A DNA stretch of 64,000 bases, taken from Eledone cirrhosa. Lineage: Eukaryota. The stretch is taken from contig OZ024742.1 of NCBI GenBank assembly GCA_964016885.1, forward strand, positions 325,934,001-325,998,000, in the 5' to 3' direction. Within the stretch, counting starts at the first letter, position 1; every line of letters starts with the position of its first letter. Under the pieces are notes generated by a model. The model was not told the DNA's origin. It ran no database searches and saw only the letters and a list, made by a program, of their open reading frames with translations. Positions 1-11,309 of the stretch are shown piece by piece. The position numbers and the translations under genes are program-made.

Positions 1-280
<280 letters not shown>

Positions 281-777
281 CAGCACTGGTAGAGTACACT
301 TATCATCAAAAGTAGGATTAAAAACATGACCATCCGGCTTTTTTGAATAGGAGTTCTTTACGGGGTATATACTCAGCATACTTTTAAACAGTGGAAAGCT
401 ATTTACAGGAGATGAGCCTTTCATTCCTAGCCGGAAAAGACTCAACCTGTACGCCGTTACCTTGATCGCTGCTCGAAGATATCATATATTTATATATACG
501 TTGTTGTGTATATTAGTTTTAGTATTGTTTTTTTTTTCAAAATGGCGTCTGGAACTTTAATGTTGCGTTGTTAAATATGACAGGTCATAAATTGTGAGTA
601 ATTTCTTGGTGTAGTTTAAGACGAACGCATAATAACCCTTCCCCCTCTTCTTCAACATTAGCAACGGAATATCAGTCAATGCTAATAAGGTACGTGAAAC
701 AGAAGTAAAAGAAAGAAATATACTCCCGAAATAGTGATAACTTTGGGAGTGAATTAAAATAAATATATTGACATAAT

Positions 778-955
778 TGTTTCTACTTTAGGCACAAGGC
801 CAGCAATTTACCAGTACAATACTGGTACTTTATTTTATCGACCCAGTAAGGATGAAAGGCAAAGTTAACCTCGGCGGGATTTGAACTCAGAATGGAAAGG
901 AAGGTAACTATGCTAGAAATCATGGCGTCCAACCCTCGACCGATACTGCCAATTC
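778..955 (-). mobile_element. tRNA-derived SINE (Meta/MESC-like core), family S
   Basis: Minus strand has A box TGGCAGTATCGG, B box GAGTTCAAATCCC, core GCCTTTCATCCTT..GGGTCGATAAAATAAAGTACCAG and tail CCTTGTGCCTAAAGTAGAAAC; flanked by ATATATTGACATAAT at 763-777 and 965-979. Confidence 0.9.
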
Positions 956-999
956 TTCTCCTTTATATATTGACATAATATATAATATATTGACATAAT

Positions 1000-2995
1000 G
1001 ATTTCATTTATTGGCCACAAGGGCCGACATATAGGGGACAATACAAAAGACTGGGACAGTGGGGTTTTACAGAAAAATCGAGTAAACAATATGAATAACA
1101 ATAACAAAGTAACAATAACAAAGTAACAATAAAGTAACAAGAAAATTACAAGAAAAAATTCGCCATGAGGGGGGATGACCACCTAGGGTTCACTCAGGTA
1201 CCCCACCAGTCTTGAACGACCCGACGATTCAAGAGCACATTGAAAGGGCACCCCTCTCCTCTTCAAATTTACCTACCTACAGCCGCATGACCAGAGTAGG
1301 CCCACTCACACGGGCCATTCTCGCCACATTCACCCACCTTTCAGCAAATGTACTGGGGGGGGGCAGCACTTCTCTCTCCACCCTCACCTTCCTTCCCAAG
1401 TGAAACTTGAAAAAGTTGATGCGGGATTGGCCGAAGAGAAAAGTGTCTGTCTTCAGTCCTTTCAACCTCGTCCACCATACAGCCTCTTTCGTTACTGCCA
1501 CCAGACACAGGAAAATTGCCCGCCCTTCCTGGCCACAAGAAGGCGGCGGGTCGATCTTCACTATGGACTCGGCCGATAGCCGCATCCGTTCTACACTCGA
1601 CAACAGCTGTTCAACATAACTCCACAAGTCAGTAAATCACGGACACTGGACGAGTGCGTGCAGAACGATTTCGTCGCTCTGCGCGCATCTCGGGCAGGTC
1701 CGTCTGACAGCACTTCCGTGCCTGTAGAGTTTATCTCGAACCGGCAGTGCCCCCCGGTAGCACTGCCAAGCGAGGGATTTTTGGAAATTATCCATCGTCC
1801 CCGGTACAGACTGGTTAGTTCGACTTCGTTGACTCCCAGAGCCTCTCCGAGTGCGTCGTCGCACTTGCCCACCACTAATGCTCTATAGAACTCGAGAGTG
1901 GAAGATCCACTGACCGCATTGCCCGCCTGGTAGAGGGCAGTGAGTGCCTGGAAACATTCCAGATGCCAGTCACCCAGTCTCGGTCTCTTCTTGACCCAGG
2001 ACTGCAACTCAGTCAAAGAAACGAGCTGCGGAAAGGCCCGTCTGACAAACGGCGACCACACCTGGTCACCGTTTAGGCAGAATATCTGGAAATGCCCAGC
2101 CCTCTACGTAGACGGTGCTAGCAGCAGATGGAACGCCTCACCAGCGGAAGCTGACCCTTCCACAAGAATTTGAAGAGGAGCCGCTCTAAGATGGCGAGGC
2201 GCAAACGGGGGCAAGGGACGACAGTCAGACGGTAGTAGATGACGGACGCGATGTACGCGTTCGCCACATCCGCCCGACCTTTCAGTGATAGCTTCATCCC
2301 AGCCCATTTATGGGTGAGACTGACTACTCTGCCCGTCACCTCGTCCCAATTCTTATCCACCTGGAGATCTGGCCCGAACCAAAACCCTAGCAACTTTACC
2401 GGTCCGTCCGTCCAGCGCCAAACGACGCTGTTGGACGGCATGGACTTGTCTCTTCGGGTGCCGAGTTGAAAGCCCACTGACTTTTCCGGGTTAAGTTTTG
2501 CTCCCGTCAACCTTTCATATTCCTCCAATAAGTTGCCGACCACCTCGATTTGTGAGGTGTCCGACACCATCACGGTGATGTCGTCCGCATAAGCCGACAC
2601 AGCCTTTCCGCGTCCCGGTTCGAGCGGGATGCACTGCAACAGCTCCAGCTTCCGCAGTAAAGGCTCGAGAGTCAATACGTACAGAAGGGAGGAGAGATGG
2701 CACCCTTGACGGGCCGATCGGGAGACCTGACACGGTTCCGAGAGGTGTCCATTAATTTTGACCATATAGCAGGTGCCGCTGTGCATTGCAGCGATCCAGC
2801 TTCTGAAGACGGGGCCGAAGCCAGCCGCCTTGATGACAGCCTCCAGGTACCGATGGTCGACCCTATTGAATGCTTTTGATTGATCTAAATTGATCTGAGC
2901 CCCACCGAAGCCAGGTTTACACCATACCCTCTCTATGATGTATCGCATTAGGTGGAGGTAGTCGTGTATAGACCTGGTTGTGATTGCGCAAGATT
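1000..2995 (-). mobile_element. 5'-truncated Tx1/L1-clade LINE (RT plus zf-RVT region plus 3' UTR), frameshifted
   Basis: ORF 2118-2948 has LDQSKAFNRVDH, RQGCHLSSLLY and AYADDITV; downstream frames give RGALPVRDKL..CPRC..HALVQC (zf-RVT); 3' end AATAAATGAAATC. Confidence 0.9.
2118..2948 (-). pseudogene. Reverse transcriptase fragment of Tx1/L1-clade LINE
   Basis: Non-LTR RT motifs KAF, QG and YADD in the ORF track. Confidence 0.9.
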
Positions 2996-3091
2996 GAAAT
3001 ATTTAACAACAAGAAATAATTAACAACAAATAATTTTAACAGGCAAATAAAGCGACTTACTGTCAGCGAGCAAAATACGTCCGCTTAGACC

Positions 3092-3123
<32 letters not shown>

Positions 3124-3226
3124 TAATAATATTGCTGCTGCTACTATTATTGAAGACAATAACAACAAAAACACCAACAACAAAATCAACTTACTTAAAC
3201 CATAGCAATAACAACAACAATAATAA

Positions 3227-3550
3227 TTGTTTCTACTTTTGGCACAAGGCCAGAATTTAAACCAGTGCATTACTGGTACTTTATTTTATCGACTCTGTAA
3301 GTATGAAATGCAAAGTTAAACAGGGCGTGATTATGCTAATTCAAAAACAACAACAATAATAATAGCTGCTGATATAGGCACAAGGCCAGCAATTATAGGA
3401 AGGGACTAGATTAAATGAAATCCAGCGTGAGACTGGTACTTTATTTCATAGAAATTGTAAAGATGAAAGGTAACGCTAAACAATTAGAAGCTAAACGACC
3501 GTAACTCTATGGCACGAAGCAGGGTGTCCTACGCTCTACCGATTCTGCTA
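3227..3550 (-). mobile_element. Two degenerate/partial family S SINE copies
   Basis: GGCACAAGGCCAG..ACTGGTACTTTATTT..GATGAAA motifs at about 3227-3325 and 3376-3550. Confidence 0.75.
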
Positions 3551-3574
3551 ATTTAAAAACAATAATAATAATAA

Positions 3575-4925
3575 TGGTTTCATTTATTGACCACAAGGTC
3601 CGACATATAGGCGACAATACAAAGACAGACAGCGGGTTTTTACAATAAATTCGAGTAAAAATACACAATGACAAAAAAATTAATAGTAAAATTATAGGAA
3701 ATATATAAACAAAAAACGCTAAAAATATATAAAAATATAACAAAATAAATTCCCCAATAGGGGCAGGCGAAACACCCAGGGGCACCTCAGGTACCCCACC
3801 AATCCTGTACCACCCTACGTTTCGAGGGAACCAGGGAGGGGCACACGTCTCCTCCTCAAATTAACCAGCTTACAGGTGCATGCTCAGAGTAGGAAAATTA
3901 ACACGGGCCATTCTCGCCACATTCACCCACATTTTAGCAAATGTACTGGGGGCAATACTTCTCTCTCCAGCCTCAACCGCTTTCAGTTCTTTCACCCTGC
4001 ACCACCGCACAATCTGTTTTACTACTGTTTCCAGACAGAGGAAAACTGCCTGTCCTTACATGCCAAAACTAAAAAGCGACGGGGTGATCTTCACTGTGGA
4101 CTTGGTCGACCCGGATCCGTCCTACAGACGACTCCAGCTGTTCGATATAACTCCAGAAGTGTGTAATGCACGGACACTGGATGAGTGCTTGCAGAACTGT
4201 TTCGTCGCTCTGCGTGCATCACGGGCATGTTCGTCTGACAGCACTTCTGTGCCTGCACAGTTTCTCCCAAACCGGCAGTGCCCCCCCCCCCCCTTGTAGC
4301 ACTGACAAGTGACGCCGCCCAGAACCTTTCCGACTGCATCCTCCCAACTAACCAACCAGTAATACTCTATGGAACCCGAGAGCGGAGGTTCCAGTGACCG
4401 CATTGCTCGCGTAGTAGAGGGCAGTGAGCGCCTGGCATAATTGTAGATGCCAGGCACCGAGTCTCGATCTCGTCTTGACCCAGGACTCTAACTCATTGAA
4501 AGAGACGAGCTGCGGAAAGGCCTGTCTCACAAATGTTGACCACACCTGTTCACCGTTTAGCCAGAAAAACTGTAGCTGCCGCAGCATAAGCGCGTGTTTA
4601 AGCGTCATGAGCCACGAGATGGCCAGCCCTCTTCATAGAGGGTGCTGGCAGCTGATGGACCGCCTCACTTGCGGAAGCTGTCTCCTCAACAAGAAGTTGA
4701 AGACGAGCTGCTCCAATTTGGCGAGGCGCGAACGGAGATGGCACGACACTTTTGTGGTAGTAGATGACGGAGGGGATGTATGAATTCACAATCTCCATCC
4801 GACTTCTCAGAGACAGCTTCCTCTCGGCTCATTTCTGGTTGAGAGTGACTACCCTAATCGTGACCTCGTCCTAATTCTTATACAGCTGGAGGTCTGGTCC
4901 AAACCAAACCCCGAGCAACTTTACA
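3575..4925 (-). mobile_element. Second, more truncated Tx1/L1-clade LINE copy
   Basis: Clear homology to 1000-2400 (WSTFVRQAFPQLVSFNELESWVK; same 3' UTR); ends in (ATT)n. Confidence 0.88.
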
Positions 4926-5647
4926 ATCTCAGGGACAACAACTGCAGCATAAACAATAAATGCAAAACCGTATCATCAATAAGATGAACCCCAACAACAC
5001 CAACCGATATTACTGTAGTAACAGCAACAACTACAATAACAAAAGCATCAGCTAAATTAAGAAATTATTGTGACTGCAGTAAAGCCCAATAGGGTTAGAT
5101 ATCATAAACCTCGTAATATATTTAAGATTTATTTCCAATTAACGTAGTAAGTGTTGTATAATTTGTCAGACGCAACCATTTTATATTTTAAGTGCTAAAT
5201 GTATCTACTTTACAGAGGAAATGGCAAACGAACTCAACACCAGTTATATTTCTTTTTATTGTATCATTACTCAATTGGATTAAACGTTAGCCTATTTGCA
5301 TTATCAAAAGTTTTCGAAGCTCTAAATACGACCAGAAATGACTATGCGATCAAAAAATAAATGAGTCTTGAAATGGAGAGGCTGCTGGACTAGCATTTTA
5401 AGAAGACCTTATATATTATTAACTAATTAAATACAAGATATAAACGTAGTGTCACATCATATGCCCCAACAGAGTTGATTGTTTTCTGTAAGAAATGTTA
5501 TGAGTTTGCCACATTGTCAATGCGTAAATCCGCTGCGAGTGTTAAGTCACTTTGAAGTTCAACAGGGGCATTCTTTTGGTGTATATGCCGGATTTGATAC
5601 AGATGTTCTCTTGAAAAGTATATGCTTATATATATATATATATACAT

Positions 5648-5684
<37 letters not shown>

Positions 5685-5693
5685 CATATATAT

Positions 5694-6461
5694 ATTAGAA
5701 ATTAGAAATTATAATCTTTCACCGTATTTTAGACTAAAAAATTTCTAGCCTGATAGTGGGGTTTATAACCTTCGGAGAAATGGAAGAAGATGAGTGTTGC
5801 CGTACACGGGAGTCGAACCCACATCTTTGGTTATCCAGACCCCTGTGCTACCATTACACCAATATACATCCCGTCTCCTTCCATTCGAATTAGAAGCTAT
5901 GAACTTAGCAAGTGAATGATAAACAACCAAATTATAAATGTAAACATGTAAGTATGTTTTTGAAACGGTGCGCGAATTAAAATTAGAAATTAGAAATGTA
6001 CGGCAACACTCATCTTTTTCCATTTCTCCGAGGGTTATAAACCCCACTATCAGGCTAGAAATGTCTTTAGGCTAAAATACGGTGAAAGCTTATAATTTCT
6101 AATTTCTAATTTTCAAACTCGCGCACCGTTTCAAAAACATACTTACATGTTTACATTTATAATTTGCTTGTTTATCATTCACTTACTAAGTTCATAGCTT
6201 CTAATTCGAATGGAAGGAGACGGGGTGTGTATTGGTGTAATGGTAGCACAGTGGTCTGGATAACCAAAGATGTGGGTTCGACTCCCATGTACGGCAACAC
6301 TCATTTTTTTCATTTCTCCGAGGGTTATAAACCCCACTATCAGGCTAGAAATTTCTTTAGTCTAAAATACGGTGAAAGCTTATAATTTCTAATTTCTAAT
6401 TTCAAACTCGCACACCGTTTCAAAAACATACTTACATGTTTACATTTATAATTTGCTTGTT

Positions 6462-6462
<1 letters not shown>
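5694..6462. mobile_element. 291-bp tRNA-headed tandem unit: one inverted copy (5694-5996) plus about 1.6 direct copies (5997-6462), embedded in (TA)n
   Basis: TGTACGGCAACACTC recurs at 5997 and 6288; 5694-5996 is the reverse complement of a permuted unit. Confidence 0.85.
6226..6296 (+). pseudogene. tRNA-like sequence (pseudo-tRNA, Gln-like D arm, GGA at anticodon position); mirror copy at 5798-5868 (-)
   Basis: D arm GTGT-AATGGTA-GCAC, anticodon arm TGGT-CTGGATA-ACCA, T arm GTGGG-TTCGACT-CCCAT, imperfect acceptor stem, T7 run at 6304-6310. Confidence 0.75.
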
Positions 6463-6494
<32 letters not shown>

Positions 6495-6654
6495 CCACCG
6501 ATATAAATATATCTATATCTATATATATTTATGGTAATATATCTATATATATATATATATATATGGTAATAATAATAAATTTGAAGACTAAAATCCAAAG
6601 AGGGCTCGATAAAGATAGAAATATATCAAATATATAAGAACGGTAGAGCAAATA

Positions 6655-7046
6655 TTTATTAAAATAACAGATTAAAGTTTAAGCAAGGAACCGCTGCTTT
6701 CACGCTTAACGGGATCTTGAGAAGGAGAGAGAGAGAGATTTATGTTAGGAGTGTAACAATATTTCCAGGTGGTGCGCAGTTCGAAGCACTCATTGAAGTT
6801 ATGAGGTCCGTTTCCTTCGGGTTGTATTCTACTGTAAGGTCTGTAGTGTGCTGAGTTTAAATAGATGAAAATGAGTCGAGGTGAGTGTTGGAGTATATGT
6901 ACAAACTTTATGTGGTGTATCTCGTTAGAAATGGGACCTCCTGTGTGCAACTCTACACACTACACCCAACCCAAAGGAAGCGGACCTCGTAACAACATTG
7001 ACTGCTTCGAACGGCGCGCCAACTCTAATTGTTGTTACACAGCTAA

Positions 7047-7050
<4 letters not shown>
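6655..7050. mobile_element. Old PLE-like terminal fragment with diverged internal inverted repeat
   Basis: 6655-6720 matches family F terminus (24245, 36240, 37855); about 6755-6835 is a diverged inverse of about 6960-7040; flanked by (TA)n. Confidence 0.55.
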
Positions 7051-7090
<40 letters not shown>

Positions 7091-7093
<3 letters not shown>

Positions 7094-7435
7094 ATGAAAT
7101 CGAAAATGCAACTGGAGTCTTATTTTAAAAAGAATATATATATTTATTTGGTTCCTTCACCGGTTTCGCAGTTCTTCTGCTTTTCAAAAGTAGAGTTGAG
7201 ATGGAGGGTCTGTGGTTTTACTCACATCTGAGAAAAAAAACAGACCCTCCATCTCAACTCTACTTTTGAAAAGCAGAAGAACTGCGAAACCGGTGAAGGA
7301 ACCAAATAAATATATATATTCTTTTTAAAATAAGACTCCAGTTGCATTTTCGATTTCATCTTTTTTTTTTAATACTTTCACTCGTGTAGGACACCTCGGT
7401 TATTTTTCATTTTGTAAAAAAACCCTCACTTTCTA
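7091..7435 (+). mobile_element. Fold-back PLE-type element, family P1 (about 140-bp inverted arms) with HHR variant
   Basis: 7091-7225 is the reverse complement of 7238-7365; TTGAAAA-GCAG.AAGAA.CTGC-GAAAC-CG-GT motif; second copy at 30127-30488. Confidence 0.85.
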
Positions 7436-7447
7436 ATATATATATAT

Positions 7448-7540
<93 letters not shown>

Positions 7541-7713
7541 ATTTAGTATATCTACTAACATATGCGTACAGATGTACGCTAATGCTAGCAAATACACAGG
7601 TTATGTCATAGTACCTAGGTGGTTCAATGCAGGAGGATGCAGAACAATAATATAAAAGACGTAAAATAAGAAAATTTAAAAAAAAATTTTTAAATTAACT
7701 TACTAAAATTTAC

Positions 7714-7795
7714 ACTCCAACTAATTAGTTTCTGCAATGGGATAAAGACAGTTACGTAATCTAACTGTCGAGAATTCATTGCGTCATCAGGGAGT
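7714..7795 (-). ncRNA. Type I hammerhead ribozyme in PLE-like element with inverted termini (about 7650-8133)
   Basis: ACTCC-CTGATGA-C-GCAATG...CATTGC-A-GAAAC-TAATTA-GTT-GGAGT: stems I, II and III all pair. Confidence 0.75.
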
Positions 7796-8128
7796 CTATT
7801 CTCAGCTAAGTCTCCAGGCAATGCGCGGACACTGGGGACTCATATGAAAATAATAATAATTCGGTAGATGGAACAGCTAGCGGGGACTGGATTCCATGCA
7901 CTGAAAATCTCGCTGTCACTCGTCAAATGGAAGATTCTAAAGAATCAATCACGTGACACTGAGGCTAGTCGGTAGGTGTGGGATGGTAAGATGACAGAAG
8001 CCTACTATCACACCAATAAATTAGTAGTGGTTTTAGCAGGTTTGCTCGACAAATAATTAATTTGAATATAAAAATGTTAGTAAGTAAGTTAATTTTTAAA
8101 AATTTTTTTTAATTTTCTTATTTTACGT

Positions 8129-8199
<71 letters not shown>

Positions 8200-8200
<1 letters not shown>

Positions 8201-8619
8201 TAAAAGGAAAATAAAATGCTGACAAATTGTTCCCAGTGAAAAATAGTTTAATTAGGAATAAGTAAAAATTAGTAATGAGTATTGGTTAGTATTCAGTTTT
8301 AGTTTTAAGTTTTTATCGGTTGCGCATCTCTAATGCTTTTCAAAAATAATTTTGAGATAGAACGCCCGTGATGTTTGCTCTAATCTGATTAGTTTTGGAG
8401 ATTCTACCAGTTTTATGTGACAAAAGTGGCTCCAGAGGTATTAAAATAAGTTTCTGGCCAATTCGTGTTGCTAAAATTCTTGTGGTCAAAACAATTTTGA
8501 TTGGTCGGTAGAGGTCACGTGAATGTTAAAAATTGATTTTGCGCCAAATGTAGGTTTGTCGAAGAGTGTCCTTTTTCGCCTGATTGAGAAGTTACTGAAA
8601 AATAAGTCTTTTAAGACAA

Positions 8620-8691
<72 letters not shown>

Positions 8692-10220
8692 CAGAGTAAT
8701 TCGTGGTAGAGGGATCGGTCAGTAGGAATGTGTCTGTACGTGTGGAGGGGGATATTTTAACATGTTGAAAGATATATTTCAGCTGTTGTCTTATACGGAG
8801 AATTGTATGTGTGTCTGTGTGTGTATGTCTCTTTGTATGTTAGAGTACACGTGTGTATTTGTGTGTGTCTATATGTGTGTGTGTGTATATATGTGTGTGT
8901 GTGTGTGTATGTGTGTGTGTGGACCGTATTTTTGTGATACTGGTAAAAATGGTGTACATTATTCGATATTTTCAGCGAAAACGATTCTCTCAAGAGAACA
9001 TCAAAAACATAATAATAAAAGGTGTGAAATAATAAAAGGTGTGAAACATAATAATAAAAGGTGTGAAATGATATATAGTATTGTCATAACACCAAGGTGT
9101 GTGTAAGTGTCCAGATTGTACGTACTGCAAGGGGAATCCATTAGGCCCTGCCGTATTGGAATACTTGTGTACAAATATGTATGTGCCCATCTGTGTGCAA
9201 TGCATTTGTGCGTATATGTATGTGTGTGTGTCGGTACGTTTATATCTATAGACATCAAAAGGTATGCACATTTGTGTATATTTGTGTTGCACCATAGAAC
9301 ATGTGTGTTTACGTATGTCATTGTGTTTATATGTGGATAGAGATGTATGTAGGATGTATTCTGATGTAGGTATGTATGTTGACGTGTAAATGTTGTGGGT
9401 TCGTCTTAGGGAGAAGTGTTTAGACGGGGTCCGTATTTTTTAATAAATGAGATTCCTTGCTGATGCGCTGGGTGTGGGTGGCATTATCTTTAAATTTGTA
9501 GAGGGGAAAGATTCTAAAGTTGGGATGATTTTGCGCGGCACAGGTATCAATGTGTTCACTTAGTGGTATTTTCCTGTATTCCCGTATTTTAATTTGGGAT
9601 TTATGGACAGTCATGCGTTGGCGGAGGCTTATTTTAGTCTGGCCTATGTATTGTTCTCGACAACCTGAGCAAGTTAATACATATATTAGATTTTTTTATG
9701 CGCATGTGAAATTGTGTTTTACAATAAAACGTTGTCCTTCTTTGAAATAGAATTCCGAACCCTCTATTAGGTTGATGCATATGCCACAGTTAGGTCTATC
9801 GCATTTTTTTACTGTGGGTTTCGTTGTTGTGGTTAGCAGTAATTTGGCATGTGTTAGGATGTTTTTCATTGACTTAGATTTTCTTTTGCTCTTTATGATA
9901 TCGTGTGTTCGAAGAATTTGGTTCATTCTACGGTCCTTTTTCAACACAGGGATGTTCTGGAGGATGGTGTCAAAGGCCTCATTGTTGAGGGGGTTGTGTG
10001 TGGAGATGTATGGAAGGGTTTTTAGTTTCGGTTGATTTACTTTAGGGTGTCTAAGGTGCTGGGTACTGAGTTTAGGGCACATTGGATTCCATTGTCAATT
10101 AGTGATGCAGGGTAGTCCCTGCCTAAGAGTGAGTCCTTTAGTTCTTGTAGCCGTAATAACAGGTGTTTTTTTATTGGAGACTATAGTACAGATTCTCTTG
10201 GCTAAGTTGTAGGGAATATT
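8200..10220 (-). mobile_element. 5'-truncated Penelope-like element: RT C-terminal end, Zn-linker, GIY-YIG endonuclease, long 3' region
   Basis: Minus frames: NIPYNLAKRICTIV, CDRPNCGIC, FTCA*KNLIYVLTCSGCREQYIGQT..LRQRMTVHKSQI..LSEHIDTC..KESHL; decayed HHR-like TTGAAAA-GCAT..ATGC-GCAAC at about 8312-8345; 3' end in (TA)n. Confidence 0.88.
9420..10082 (-). pseudogene. PLE GIY-YIG endonuclease region, disrupted
   Basis: ORFs 9696-10082 and 9420-9614 flank the NLIY..YIGQT motif. Confidence 0.85.
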
Positions 10221-10465
10221 AAATTTCATTTCCCACTCTTAGTACGGCTGTTACTTAAATATAAGTATGTACACGTACATACATATATGTATACAGACGT
10301 ACAGTACTATGTATATATATATACATACATGCACACATATATATGTACGTATGGATTCACCGAACATTTATTATAAAGCTCGGTGTGTTTGTAAACAAAT
10401 ATCCCGTATTAAGCCGTAGTGTCTAGCAACCATCGTTGCTCGTTTGTTCAACACTGAAAAAGGAA

Positions 10466-10506
10466 CGCTGTACTAGTTTCAAGCTTATTAGCTATCATCA
10501 GCAACG
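10466..10506 (-). ncRNA. Minimal type I hammerhead ribozyme (family R)
   Basis: CGTTG-CTGATGA-T-AGCT.AATA.AGCT-T-GAAAC-TA-GTA-CAGCG. Confidence 0.85.
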
Positions 10507-10885
10507 TATACCTTCCTGCCAGATTGTTGAACGTATATACTTCCCTTATGCATATTGACGGCTGAGTAGCCCAATTTGCATATCGAGTGGGTTAATCGGC
10601 CGGGTGCACCGAAAACGATAAACGGAAAAAATGAAACGAAATTTCATTTCCCACTCTTAGTACGGCTGTTACTTAAATAAAAGTATGTATACGTACATAC
10701 ATATATGTATACAGACGTACAGTAGTATGTATATATATACATACATGCACACATAGATATATATGTACGTATGGATTCACCGAACATTTATTATAATGCT
10801 CGGTGTGTTTGTAAACAAACATCCCGTATTAAGCCGTAGTGTCTAGCAACCATCGTTGCTCGTTTGTTCAACACTGACAAAGGAA

Positions 10886-10927
10886 CGCTGTACTAGTTTC
10901 AAGCTTATTAAGCTATCGTCAGCAACG
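10886..10927 (-). ncRNA. Minimal type I hammerhead ribozyme (family R)
   Basis: Same fold, core CTGACGA. Confidence 0.85.
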
Positions 10928-10962
10928 TATATCGATACAGCAGGCCGATTAACCCACTCAAT

Positions 10963-11010
10963 ATGCAAATTCGGCTACTCAGCCGTTAATATGCATAAGG
11001 TAGGTATATA
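10963..11010 (+). promoter_or_regulatory. Candidate snRNA-type promoter: octamer ATGCAAAT plus TATATA upstream of the HHR
   Basis: ATGCAAAT 10963-10970 (also 10574-10581 and 15397-15404); TATATA 11005-11010, about 28 nt before HHR stem I. Function is inferred. Confidence 0.4.
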
Positions 11011-11037
11011 CGTTCAACAATCTGGCAGGAAGGTATA

Positions 11038-11078
11038 CGTTGCTGACGATAGCTAATAAGCTTGAAACTAGTACAGCG
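11038..11078 (+). ncRNA. Minimal type I hammerhead ribozyme (family R)
   Basis: CGTTG-CTGACGA-TAGCTAATAAGCTT-GAAAC-TA-GTA-CAGCG; predicted cut after 11073. Confidence 0.85.
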
Positions 11079-11218
11079 TTCCTTTGTCAGTGTTGAACAA
11101 ACAAGCAACGATGGTTGCTAGACACTACGGCTTAATACGGGATGTTTGTTTACAAACACACCGAGCATTATAATAAATGTTCGGTGAATCCATACGTAGA
11201 TATATATATGTGTGCATG

Positions 11219-11250
<32 letters not shown>

Positions 11251-11309
11251 CGTCTGTATTCATATATGTATGTACGTGTACATACTTATATATATATAAA
11301 TATTTTTCA

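Larger units (their letters stand above)
10221..11298. mobile_element. Retrozyme-like family R: 420-bp unit in tandem (10221-10931, sense on -) plus inverted arm (10943-11298, sense on +)
   Basis: Identical motifs 420 bp apart (10466 and 10886); one HHR per unit; no ORF; other copies at 15080 and 25885. Confidence 0.88.

Noticed and set aside
6226-6296. Functional tRNA-Ser(GGA) gene
   Set aside because: Acceptor stem mispaired, no long variable arm, and embedded in a repeat unit; treated as pseudo-tRNA.
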